Below, one piece after another: positions 8,921 to 16,779 of a stretch of 21,634 bases of DNA (position 1 is the stretch's first letter; every line of letters begins with the position of its first letter). Position numbers and translations under genes: made by a program. Below the pieces are notes generated by a model. The model was given only the letters and a program-made list of their open reading frames with translations, had not been told where the DNA came from and made no database searches. This DNA is from an uncultured bacterium (GTDB lineage Bacteria; SAR324; NAC60-12): contig CBFIGY010000044.1 of assembly GCA_965662235.1 (NCBI GenBank), forward strand, positions 1 to 21,634. The letters run 5' to 3'.

Positions 8921-9309
8921 TGGAACCGCCTCGCCTGCACCAAAGCCTCCCGGAACCTTCTCGGCACTCCCAGCGGGCACTGGAGGCGCATCCGGACGCA
9001 ACGGCACTCCGTCAGTGGGCGCAGGCCCAGGTTCCGGACACCGTGGCCGAGGCCCTGCGGCCTTGGCTTCAGCAGGTGCTGCTGGGATACGCGTGGGGAT
9101 TGAAGGAACGGAACATGCGTCGGGAGGACCTCCGGCACCTTGAGCCCATCCCCCGCATCCTGGAGGACGTCTCAGGGCTCTTTACGCAGCTGGAGGGACA
9201 CCCGGAGCAGCAGCAGGCTCCGGAGCTGCTGGCCCAGGTTTTCGACTTTGGGGTGCAGTGGGCGTATTACCTAGACTGGAAGCTTTACCTGTCGCAGGAG
9301 CTGTACTGA
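8920..9309 (+). CDS. Hypothetical protein (129 aa, probably helical), translationally coupled to the PurD-like gene
   Basis: TGATG stop/start overlap at 8918-8922. Aromatic C-terminus FDFGVQWAYYLDWKLYLSQELY. Confidence 0.75.
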   Translation: MEPPRLHQSLPEPSRHSQRALEAHPDATALRQWAQAQVPDTVAEALRPWLQQVLLGYAWGLKERNMRREDLRHLEPIPRILEDVSGLFTQLEGHPEQQQAPELLAQVFDFGVQWAYYLDWKLYLSQELY

Positions 9310-9310
9310 G

Positions 9311-10267
9311 TCAGGGGGCAAACTCTCGGGTGGCGCGGATGAACTCGTGGACGATCCCCGGTTCTGAGGCCGCGTGTCCTGCGTCGGGAATGACCCGGAA
9401 GTCGGCTTCTGGCCAGGCCTGGTGCAGGTCCCAGGCGCTGCGCATCGGGGTGCAGATGTCGTAACGGCCCTGAATGATCACCGTCGGAATATGCCGGATG
9501 CGGTCCACGTTTTCCAGAAGCTGCCCATCCTTCTCAAAAAACCCTCCGTTGCGGAAGTAGTGGCACTCGATCCGCGCAAAGGCCACCGCAAACTCCGGAT
9601 TTCCAAACGACTCCACGCGCTGCACATTCGGATAGAGCGACAGGGCGCTTCCTTCCCAAGAGGCCCAAGCGCTTGCTGCCTGACGCCGCACCTGCGGATC
9701 CTCCGAGGTCAAGCGACGGTGGTAGGCTTCCAGCAGGTTGTCCTGCTCCTCCTCAGGAATGGGGGCCAGGTAATTTTCCCATGTGTCCGGATAGATGAAG
9801 CTGGCTCCCTCTTGGTAGAACCAGCGGATCTCCTTTTGGCGGAGAAGGAAGATGCCCCGGAGGATGAGTTCAGACACGCGGTCTGGGTGCGTCTGCGCAT
9901 AGGCGAGGGAGAGTGTGCTGCCCCAGGAACCTCCAAACACCATCCAGCGGTCGATGTTTAGGGTCTCCCGGATCTGCTCCATGTCTGCCACCAGGTCCCA
10001 GGTGGTGTTTTCCCGCAGTTCGGCGTTGGGGGTACTCTGGCCACACCCGCGCTGATCGAACTGCACAATCCGGTACTTCTTGGCGTCGAAGTAACGGCGG
10101 TAATCAGGCTGGGAGCCCCCTCCGGGACCGCCGTGCACGACCAGGACTGGTTTGCCCTTCGGGTTTCCAGAGACCTCGTAGTAAACCCGGTGAATCGAGG
10201 AGACATCCAAGAAGCCTGTTTCGTAGGGAGGAATGAGGGGGTAAGGCTTGAGCAGGTGCTGTGACAT
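9311..10267 (-). CDS. pip: Proline iminopeptidase (prolyl aminopeptidase, S33)
   Basis: HGGPGGG, FDQRGCGQS, ENTTWDLVAD, GGSWG nucleophile, ARIECHYF, QGRYDICTP, DAGH. GGAG SD. Confidence 0.96.
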   Translation of the reverse strand: MSQHLLKPYPLIPPYETGFLDVSSIHRVYYEVSGNPKGKPVLVVHGGPGGGSQPDYRRYFDAKKYRIVQFDQRGCGQSTPNAELRENTTWDLVADMEQIRETLNIDRWMVFGGSWGSTLSLAYAQTHPDRVSELILRGIFLLRQKEIRWFYQEGASFIYPDTWENYLAPIPEEEQDNLLEAYHRRLTSEDPQVRRQAASAWASWEGSALSLYPNVQRVESFGNPEFAVAFARIECHYFRNGGFFEKDGQLLENVDRIRHIPTVIIQGRYDICTPMRSAWDLHQAWPEADFRVIPDAGHAASEPGIVHEFIRATREFAP

Positions 10268-10309
10268 CAGGATGCTCCAGTTTTAGGTTGGGGGGATCAG
10301 CAACAGTGC

Positions 10310-10762
10310 TTATTCCAGAGTACGTACTTTCTGCAGGTTTGCAACGTACCCTGGTGAGAGAAGAGGCGCTCCTGCCAGGAGGTGGTTGAGGTACTCTCGA
10401 GTGGGAGGACGGTCTGGACCGGTCCGCAGAGCGACGTAGACGATGACGTCACAGGGAGAGTCATCTTCCACCCGAAGGACCTGCATCGCCTGGCGCTCAT
10501 AGTGCCCTTCGGCCACTTTTTCGTAGCCGTCGAGGATGGCAAGCTCCCGTTCCTCCACCTCATAGGCAATGCCTTCCACCTGCTTTCCTGGCGCAGGAAC
10601 AATGTTGGCAGCACACCAGCCGTAGCTGGGAATTTCCTTATTGAAGTGCAGCTCGTAATCCGGCAGCCGGACGGCAAACCGTGGGGCATCCCAACCCACC
10701 CGCTCCCGCATGCGGGCCGCGTTCATGTTGGATCCGTAGGCAAAGTAAAGCAGGGAACTCAT
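10310..10762 (-). CDS. Gamma-glutamylcyclotransferase family protein (GGCT/AIG2-like)
   Basis: YFAYGSNM, ANIVP, VEGIAYEV, LDGYE (catalytic Glu region), YER, PTREYLNHLLAG. Confidence 0.9.
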   Translation of the reverse strand: MSSLLYFAYGSNMNAARMRERVGWDAPRFAVRLPDYELHFNKEIPSYGWCAANIVPAPGKQVEGIAYEVEERELAILDGYEKVAEGHYERQAMQVLRVEDDSPCDVIVYVALRTGPDRPPTREYLNHLLAGAPLLSPGYVANLQKVRTLE

Positions 10763-10780
10763 GCGTCTGTTTCAGTCAGG

Positions 10781-11929
10781 TTAGCGGATGGACCGCGTGA
10801 GGTAATCCAAAACGGGGTGGGGCTCCTGCGGGCTCACAAAGGCTTCCGGAAGGAAGCGAGGAGGCTCCACCATGCCCCGCTCCATCATGTGCTCAATGAT
10901 GGGCTGATACGGCAGGTGCGTTTTGCCCACCAGGAGGCTCTCCATGTTTTTGCCGCTGCGGAAGTGTTCCAACATCATCCGGAAGCCACTCAGGTAAACG
11001 TGGTCCTTGGTGAAGCCACCGCCGCGGTAGGCCCGGGCCGTGACATCAAACGCGTGATGGGGATCAATGTGGTGCTGCTCCACCAAGCGTTGAAAGGTCC
11101 GGCTGAAGGGATTGGCTCGGAGCATGGAGGAAATCGCCACGACCCTCAAGGCCATTTCCCGCAGACGGGTGACGGTCAGGTTTCCAGAGAGGAACTCGCT
11201 CAAGATGGCCATCCCTTCTTGAGTTGTGGTGTTGACTGGAAGCCCGCTCTGAAAGACGTTCAGGGGTTGCAGGCGGGCATTGGAGGTGGTGAGGAAGTGG
11301 ATGCCGATTTCATGGTTCGCCAGCGCCTGAGCTTCGCGACGAGACAGGGTGACGCCCTTACGGACCTTCAGGCCCTTGGAACTGGCGAGTGCCTTGGCAA
11401 TGATCTGGGTGCTGTGCTCAATCGGGCAGCGGAAGCCGTATCCCTCAGACGTCTGATTGAAGAGCGTCTCCAGCTCGGCTGCGTTGAGGATGTGGTGCTC
11501 CTCCGGATCATGAAGCGGGGCGGCGTGCAGGAGGAATTCGGCGTTGTCCACATCGGCGGCACTGGGCTCACCGAAGTAGCGCATGCTGCTGTACATGAAA
11601 CGCTCGGTCCCGATGCTAAACAGCAGGTCTGCCCGGTCGGAGTTGGACTGGACGACATCGGAGTAGAGCTCCTGCACCAGCGGATCATCAATGCGTTCCA
11701 CCGGCACACGGTGCAGCGTCCGCTTGAACTCGAAGGGGTCGAGGACAATGGGACGGTAGCGGAATTCGGGTTCGTGACGGTAGTGGGAGGCAAAGAAGCG
11801 CCGACGCTCGGAGTCCAAGTTGACCGGAGTGACAAAACGGAGGAGGTCCGTGTGACGTCCCGCTTTCTGAATGGCTCGGTCGATCTTGAGGATCACCGGG
11901 TCCGGGAAAGCGCTGATTCCCTTTTTCAT
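10781..11929 (-). CDS. DUF1704 / QEGLA-motif zinc metallopeptidase (MATCAP-like carboxypeptidase family), 382 aa
   Basis: HEIGIH (HExxxH), TTTQEGMA, F...S.RYFGEP, RAYRGGGFTKDHVYLSG, LLVGK. Probable ATG at 11929 (ORF track 11998). Confidence 0.88.
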   Translation of the reverse strand: MKKGISAFPDPVILKIDRAIQKAGRHTDLLRFVTPVNLDSERRRFFASHYRHEPEFRYRPIVLDPFEFKRTLHRVPVERIDDPLVQELYSDVVQSNSDRADLLFSIGTERFMYSSMRYFGEPSAADVDNAEFLLHAAPLHDPEEHHILNAAELETLFNQTSEGYGFRCPIEHSTQIIAKALASSKGLKVRKGVTLSRREAQALANHEIGIHFLTTSNARLQPLNVFQSGLPVNTTTQEGMAILSEFLSGNLTVTRLREMALRVVAISSMLRANPFSRTFQRLVEQHHIDPHHAFDVTARAYRGGGFTKDHVYLSGFRMMLEHFRSGKNMESLLVGKTHLPYQPIIEHMMERGMVEPPRFLPEAFVSPQEPHPVLDYLTRSIR

Positions 11930-12026
11930 GTGAGGCCTGGTGGAAGGTGGAAGCGCGCACTCGCTGAGGGAGGCGCCTCCAAAGCTAGCAGATTCCAATC
12001 CAGAAGCAACTGCAGAAAGCGGCCGC

Positions 12027-12779
12027 TCAGTAACTGCCAGCGCGCTGCATGCGGTGCTCCATCCACCGGACGCCTTGGGAGACGATCACGATGAGGAGGA
12101 AGTACTCAAGAACGAGGAAGGTGTAGATTTCCAGCGGCCGGTACTGGCTCACCACCAGCTCGTTGGCGCGGCGTGTCAACTCCGTCATGCCAATCACCGA
12201 GACCAGAGATGACATCTTGATCATGTAGACAAACTGGTTCCCGATTGCCGGCAGCACCCGCTTTACCGCCTGTGGCAGAATGACCAGCCGCATCTTCTGC
12301 CAGTAGTTGAGACCCAAAGAGCCGGCCGCATCGTGCTGCCCACGCTCAATGGACTGAATGCCGGCCCGGAAGATCTCTGCCTCAAAGGGGCTGTCGCAGA
12401 TGGCCAGCGCCAGCACGCCAGCCGCAAACGATTCCAGAGAGACATCCAACAGCACCGGTAGTCCGTAATAGACCCAGAGGATCATCACCAGCACCGGAAC
12501 GGAGCGGAAGACCTCCACGTACACACGGTTGAAGGCCCGGGCGCGTGGATGAGACGAAAGGCCTGGCAGGGCCACCAGGAGTCCAAGCGTAATGGACAGG
12601 ATGTTCGCCAGCACCGCGAGGAGCAGCGTGTCCTGAAGTCCGGCAAGGAGGAATTTGAGGTTGGTCTGACCTTGGGGGTGGGTTGGCGACACAACGTGCC
12701 AGGCCCAGGTGTAGCTGGAGCTGCATCCGGCGGTTCCCAACAGGAGCACCAGGAGCAGTCCGGAGAGTTGTCTGTTCAC
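12027..12779 (-). CDS. Polar amino acid ABC transporter permease (HisM/GlnP type) with N-terminal lipobox
   Basis: YVEVFRSVPVLV, AEIFRAGIQSIERGQHDAAGSLGL, VILPQA, IKMSSLVSVIGMTEL. Probable GTG start at 12779 gives MNRQLSGLLLVLLLGTAGC. Confidence 0.92.
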   Translation of the reverse strand: MNRQLSGLLLVLLLGTAGCSSSYTWAWHVVSPTHPQGQTNLKFLLAGLQDTLLLAVLANILSITLGLLVALPGLSSHPRARAFNRVYVEVFRSVPVLVMILWVYYGLPVLLDVSLESFAAGVLALAICDSPFEAEIFRAGIQSIERGQHDAAGSLGLNYWQKMRLVILPQAVKRVLPAIGNQFVYMIKMSSLVSVIGMTELTRRANELVVSQYRPLEIYTFLVLEYFLLIVIVSQGVRWMEHRMQRAGSY

Positions 12780-12899
12780 AAAAATCAAAGGGGGTAAGAT
12801 CCGTTCGCCGCCCAGCAAAAATGGATGGGGCGCTTAGCATTCATCAACACGGTTCACTCTTCATTATTCCGGATCCTCCCCCCGACACAAGCCGGAGAC

Positions 12900-12926
12900 G
12901 AGCCGAAGGACAGAATCCTTCGGCTC
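12900..12926 (-). terminator. Strong hairpin downstream of the fasciclin gene (terminator or stability element)
   Basis: GAGCCGAAGGA-CAGAA-TCCTTCGGCTC, a perfect 11-bp stem 10 nt past the stop. No clean U-tract. Confidence 0.6.
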
Positions 12927-12936
12927 CGGAGTGACT

Positions 12937-13431
12937 TTAGGAGGAGGGCAGGACCACCTTGTTGATGACGTGGATCACGCCATTTGAGGCCTCAATGTCC
13001 GTCTGAGTGACCTGAGCATCGTTGACCATGACCTTGCCCATCTGGGTCTTGACGTCAAAGGTCTGACCATTCAGGGTCGCCGGAGACAGCGACTTGCCCA
13101 CCACGGCGGAGGACATCACCTTGCCGTCCAGAACATGGTAGAGCAGGATGCTCTTGAGCTGCTCCTTGTTTTCCGGCTTGAGCAGGTTCTCAACGGTGCC
13201 CGCTGGCAGAGCGGCAAAGGCCGCATCGGTCGGAGCAAAGACCGTGAACGGTCCTCCGGTGGCCAGTGTGTCAGCCAGGTCTGCAGCCTGAACGGCGGCC
13301 ACCAGCGTGTTGAAGGAGCCTGCCTCAACGGCGACTTCCACCAGGTTTTGCTTGCCACCGTGGCCCATGGCCATCAGGGAATGAGCACCGATCAGAGCAG
13401 CGGCGAGCACCATCAGGGTTTTGCGGAACAT
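12937..13431 (-). CDS. Secreted single FAS1 (fasciclin) domain protein
   Basis: Signal peptide [66 protein letters not shown] 13431 follows GGAG. Confidence 0.95.
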   Translation of the reverse strand: MFRKTLMVLAAALIGAHSLMAMGHGGKQNLVEVAVEAGSFNTLVAAVQAADLADTLATGGPFTVFAPTDAAFAALPAGTVENLLKPENKEQLKSILLYHVLDGKVMSSAVVGKSLSPATLNGQTFDVKTQMGKVMVNDAQVTQTDIEASNGVIHVINKVVLPSS

Positions 13432-13874
13432 TGCGATCTCCATTTTCAGAGAGGTTCATCAGAAAGCGCCGAAACCACTTCGGCACGGGTTCCCTCTCCC
13501 TGTTGCAGAGTCACTTCCATCCTGAATTTCTTGGGCCCTCTTTCGTGTATCAAATCATCTGTATCAATTTCCTGACAGGTTTTTTCTAGAGGAAGGAGCT
13601 CCCTAGCGGTGCTCGTCCTCACTGACGCTCTGTGATTCCCGGACGCTCAATGTAACAATCCCTCTACCGAAAACAGTGAGAAATGCTGAATGGGGAGACC
13701 ATTCGGGATTTGTTTTTTAATTAAAATGAGAAAACACTCACTGATAAAACAACGAGGGGGACGGAAGGAGGTTGGAAACGGCGGGGAGCGAGCTTGAAGG
13801 GAAGCCGGGATTTGTGGAAGGTTGGGCTTGGTTTGGGGCCAAGGTCGTCCGGGTCGCAGGGCTACCGTTTTGTA

Positions 13875-13903
13875 TTTAATTTCATGAGAAACCCTGCTAT
13901 ATT
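13875..13903 (+). promoter_or_regulatory. Putative sigma70 promoter for sucA (extended -10)
   Basis: TTTAAT(13875-13880)-17 nt-TATATT(13898-13903), with TG at 13895-13896, about 60 nt upstream of the sucA ATG. Confidence 0.4.
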
Positions 13904-13965
13904 TTCGGCTTTCATCTCAGCTTTGAAGAGTCCGCAAACCCAACCGCCCCCATCGCGAAAAGATC

Positions 13966-16713
13966 ATGGATTCCTACTCCTTTCTGAGCAACGCCGACCT
14001 CGGTGCCTACGACGACCTGTATCAGCAATTTCAGCAAGACCCCAACTCCGTCTCTCCGGACTGGCGCAAGTTCTTTGAGGGGTTTGAGTTTGCCCGCACC
14101 GACTACGACGCGCCGGCTGACGGAGCAGGAGGCGCTGTGGCTCCGGAGAAGTTTCAGAAAGAGATCGCGGTCAGCAACCTGATTGGCGCCTACCGTCAGC
14201 GCGGGCACCTGTTTGCGAAGACCAACCCGGTGCGTCCGCGTCGCAAGCATGAGTCTCCCATTTTGCTGGAGAACTTTGGCTTGGGAGAGTCGGACCTAGA
14301 CACCACCTTTCAGGCGGGGGCCCGGATTGGTTTGGGGCCGGCGACCCTCCGGGACATCGTTGCGCATCTGGAGCAGACCTACTGCGGCAGCATTGGGGTG
14401 GAGTACAAGTTTGTGCGAACGCCAGAGGTGATCGAGTGGCTGGAGTCCCGGATGGAAAGCTGCCGGAACAATCCGGACATCAACCCAGAGGAGCGGAACC
14501 ACATCCTCCGCAAGATCCATGAGGCGGTGGCCTTTGAGAACTTCCTCCACACGAAGTTTGTGGGGCAGAAGCGGTTTTCTCTGGAAGGGTGCGAGGCCAT
14601 CATTCCGGCCCTAGACACCATTGTGGAGCACGGTTCCGAGCACGGGATCAAGGAGTTTGTCATCGGCATGGCTCACCGCGGACGCCTGAACGTGCTGGCC
14701 AACATCCTTGGCAAGACCTACGACGACATCTTCACCGAGTTCGAGGGTAAGGCGTTTGGCATTGATGGCTTTGCAGGAGACGTGAAGTACCACATGGGCT
14801 TCTCCAGCGACAAGAAAACCCGCAACGGCGAAAACGTCCACCTCAGCCTCACCCCCAATCCCTCGCACCTTGAGGCCGTCAACCCGGTGGTGGAAGGCAT
14901 CGTCCGTTCCAAAATCGACCACCGCTACGGTGGCGACGAGAAGCAGATCGTTCCCATCCTCATCCACGGAGATGCCTCCATTGCTGGGCAGGGCATCGTC
15001 TATGAGGTTCTGCAGATGTCGCAGCTGGCAGGTTACCGCACCGGTGGCACGGTGCACGTGGTGCTCAACAACCAAGTGGGCTTCACCACCGACTACATCG
15101 AGGGACGCTCCAGCACCTACTGCACGGATGTCGCCAAGACCACCCTTTCGCCGGTCTTCCACGTCAATGCGGATGACATTGAGGCCGTCGTCTATGTGAC
15201 GCAGCTGGCCCTGGAGTTCCGTCAGCGCTTCCACCGGGACGTGTTTGTCGACATCCTGGGGTACCGCAAACACGGACACAACGAGTCTGACGAACCGCGC
15301 TTCACGCAGCCGACGCTCTACAAGCTCATTGCCAAGCACCCGAATCCGCTGCAGGTGTACAGCAACAAGCTGATTGAGACCGGGAAGATGGAAGAGGCGG
15401 AGATCCGCAAGATGGAGCAGGAGTTCAAGACCTTCCTGACCGACCGGTTTGAAGAATCCAAACAGCGTGAATCCGCCAAGGTCATGTCCTTCCTCGAAGG
15501 AGAGTGGTCCGGCATCCGCCGTGCGCTCAATGAGGACTTCGACTACTCTCCGGAGACTGGAGTCGAGGACGCCCGCTTCCGGGACCTGGCCCGACGGATG
15601 ACCCAGCTTCCTGAGGACATGCAGTTCTTCCCCAAGATCCGCAAGCTCTATGAAGACCGCTGGAAGATGGTGGGAGACACCGACCGGCTCGACTGGGGGA
15701 TGGCAGAAAACATGGCCTACGCCACCATGCTGGACGAAGGACGAGCGGTTCGCCTCAGTGGGCAGGACGTGGGACGGGGGACCTTTGCTCACCGTCATGC
15801 TGTGGTGACCTCGGAGGATAACGTCAAGTACGTTCCCCTCAACCACCTCAACGATCACCAGGAGCGCTTCTCTGTTTACAACTCCCTCCTTTCGGAGTAC
15901 GGGGTGCTCGGCTTTGAGTTTGGCTACTCCTACGCGGCTCCCACGGGACTGTGCATCTGGGAGGCTCAGTTTGGTGACTTTGCCAACGGCGCTCAGATCA
16001 TCATCGACCAGTTCATCAGCTGCTCAGAAACCAAGTGGCAGCGGATGAACGGCTTGGTGATGCTGCTCCCGCACGGGTACATGGGGCAGGGCCCCGAACA
16101 CTCCTCTGCGCGGGTGGAACGGTACATGGAACTGTGTGCCGACAACAACATGCAGGTGGCCAACTGCACCACTCCCGCGAACCTCTTCCACATCCTCCGT
16201 CGGCAGATGGTCCGGGACTTCCGGAAGCCGCTGGTCGTCTTCTCTCCCAAGGACCTCCTCCGGCATCCTCAGTGCGTCAGCTCGGTGGCCGAATTCACGG
16301 AAGGCACTCGCTTCCGGGAGGTCATCGACGATGCCGGGGTCGACGCCTCACAGGTCCGTCGGGTGCTCTTCTGCACCGGCAAGATCTACTACGAGCTGCT
16401 GGCACGGCAGCAGGAGCAGCAGCACCTGAACACGGCCATTGTGCGGCTGGAGCAGCTCTATCCGGTGCCTGAGGTGCAGCTCCGGGAGGTCGTCCGCCGC
16501 TACAGCAACGCGGAACAGTGGGTTTGGGTTCAGGAGGAGCCTGAAAACATGGGGCCCCTGTCCTTCATTGCCCGGCAGTTTGGCAAGCGGCAGCTGACGC
16601 CGGCACCGCTGCGTCTGATCGCTCGCCGCGAGAGCAGCACTCCTGCCACCGGATTTGCCAAGATCCACGCCATTGAGCAGAAGGAACTGATTGATAAGGC
16701 CTTTGCCGCCTGA
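13966..16713 (+). CDS. sucA: 2-oxoglutarate dehydrogenase E1
   Basis: GQKRFSLEG, GMAHRGRLNVL, GDVKYH, NPSHLE, HGDAS.AGQG...NNQVGFTT (ThDP motif), GHNESDEP, WEAQFGDFANGAQ, GPEHSSAR, WVQEEPENMG. Confidence 0.98.
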   Translation: MDSYSFLSNADLGAYDDLYQQFQQDPNSVSPDWRKFFEGFEFARTDYDAPADGAGGAVAPEKFQKEIAVSNLIGAYRQRGHLFAKTNPVRPRRKHESPILLENFGLGESDLDTTFQAGARIGLGPATLRDIVAHLEQTYCGSIGVEYKFVRTPEVIEWLESRMESCRNNPDINPEERNHILRKIHEAVAFENFLHTKFVGQKRFSLEGCEAIIPALDTIVEHGSEHGIKEFVIGMAHRGRLNVLANILGKTYDDIFTEFEGKAFGIDGFAGDVKYHMGFSSDKKTRNGENVHLSLTPNPSHLEAVNPVVEGIVRSKIDHRYGGDEKQIVPILIHGDASIAGQGIVYEVLQMSQLAGYRTGGTVHVVLNNQVGFTTDYIEGRSSTYCTDVAKTTLSPVFHVNADDIEAVVYVTQLALEFRQRFHRDVFVDILGYRKHGHNESDEPRFTQPTLYKLIAKHPNPLQVYSNKLIETGKMEEAEIRKMEQEFKTFLTDRFEESKQRESAKVMSFLEGEWSGIRRALNEDFDYSPETGVEDARFRDLARRMTQLPEDMQFFPKIRKLYEDRWKMVGDTDRLDWGMAENMAYATMLDEGRAVRLSGQDVGRGTFAHRHAVVTSEDNVKYVPLNHLNDHQERFSVYNSLLSEYGVLGFEFGYSYAAPTGLCIWEAQFGDFANGAQIIIDQFISCSETKWQRMNGLVMLLPHGYMGQGPEHSSARVERYMELCADNNMQVANCTTPANLFHILRRQMVRDFRKPLVVFSPKDLLRHPQCVSSVAEFTEGTRFREVIDDAGVDASQVRRVLFCTGKIYYELLARQQEQQHLNTAIVRLEQLYPVPEVQLREVVRRYSNAEQWVWVQEEPENMGPLSFIARQFGKRQLTPAPLRLIARRESSTPATGFAKIHAIEQKELIDKAFAA

Positions 16714-16720
16714 ACCAGAC

Positions 16721-16737
16721 GGGCGGCACTGCCGCCC
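16721..16737. other. Intercistronic inverted repeat between sucA and sucB
   Basis: GGGCGGCA-C-TGCCGCCC, 7 nt past the sucA stop. No U-tract. Confidence 0.5.
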
Positions 16738-16779
16738 TGACGCCACCCCCGAAACCCAACCCCTCAAGTAAAACAGACC

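Noticed and set aside
10382..12094. 570-aa plus-strand ORF, and similar long antisense ORFs at 2148-3158, 14611-15858 and 16966-18354
   Set aside because: They mirror well-supported genes on the opposite strand and carry no recognisable motifs. Long stop-free shadow frames are expected in GC-rich coding DNA.
13580..13860. sRNA in the fasciclin-sucA spacer (CTCACTG/CAGTGAG copies at 13618, 13674 and 13737; hairpin GAATGG-ggaga-CCATTC at 13688-13704)
   Set aside because: The stems are only 6-7 bp, the T-run is separated from the hairpin, and no known family is recognisable. RNA-seq would be needed.
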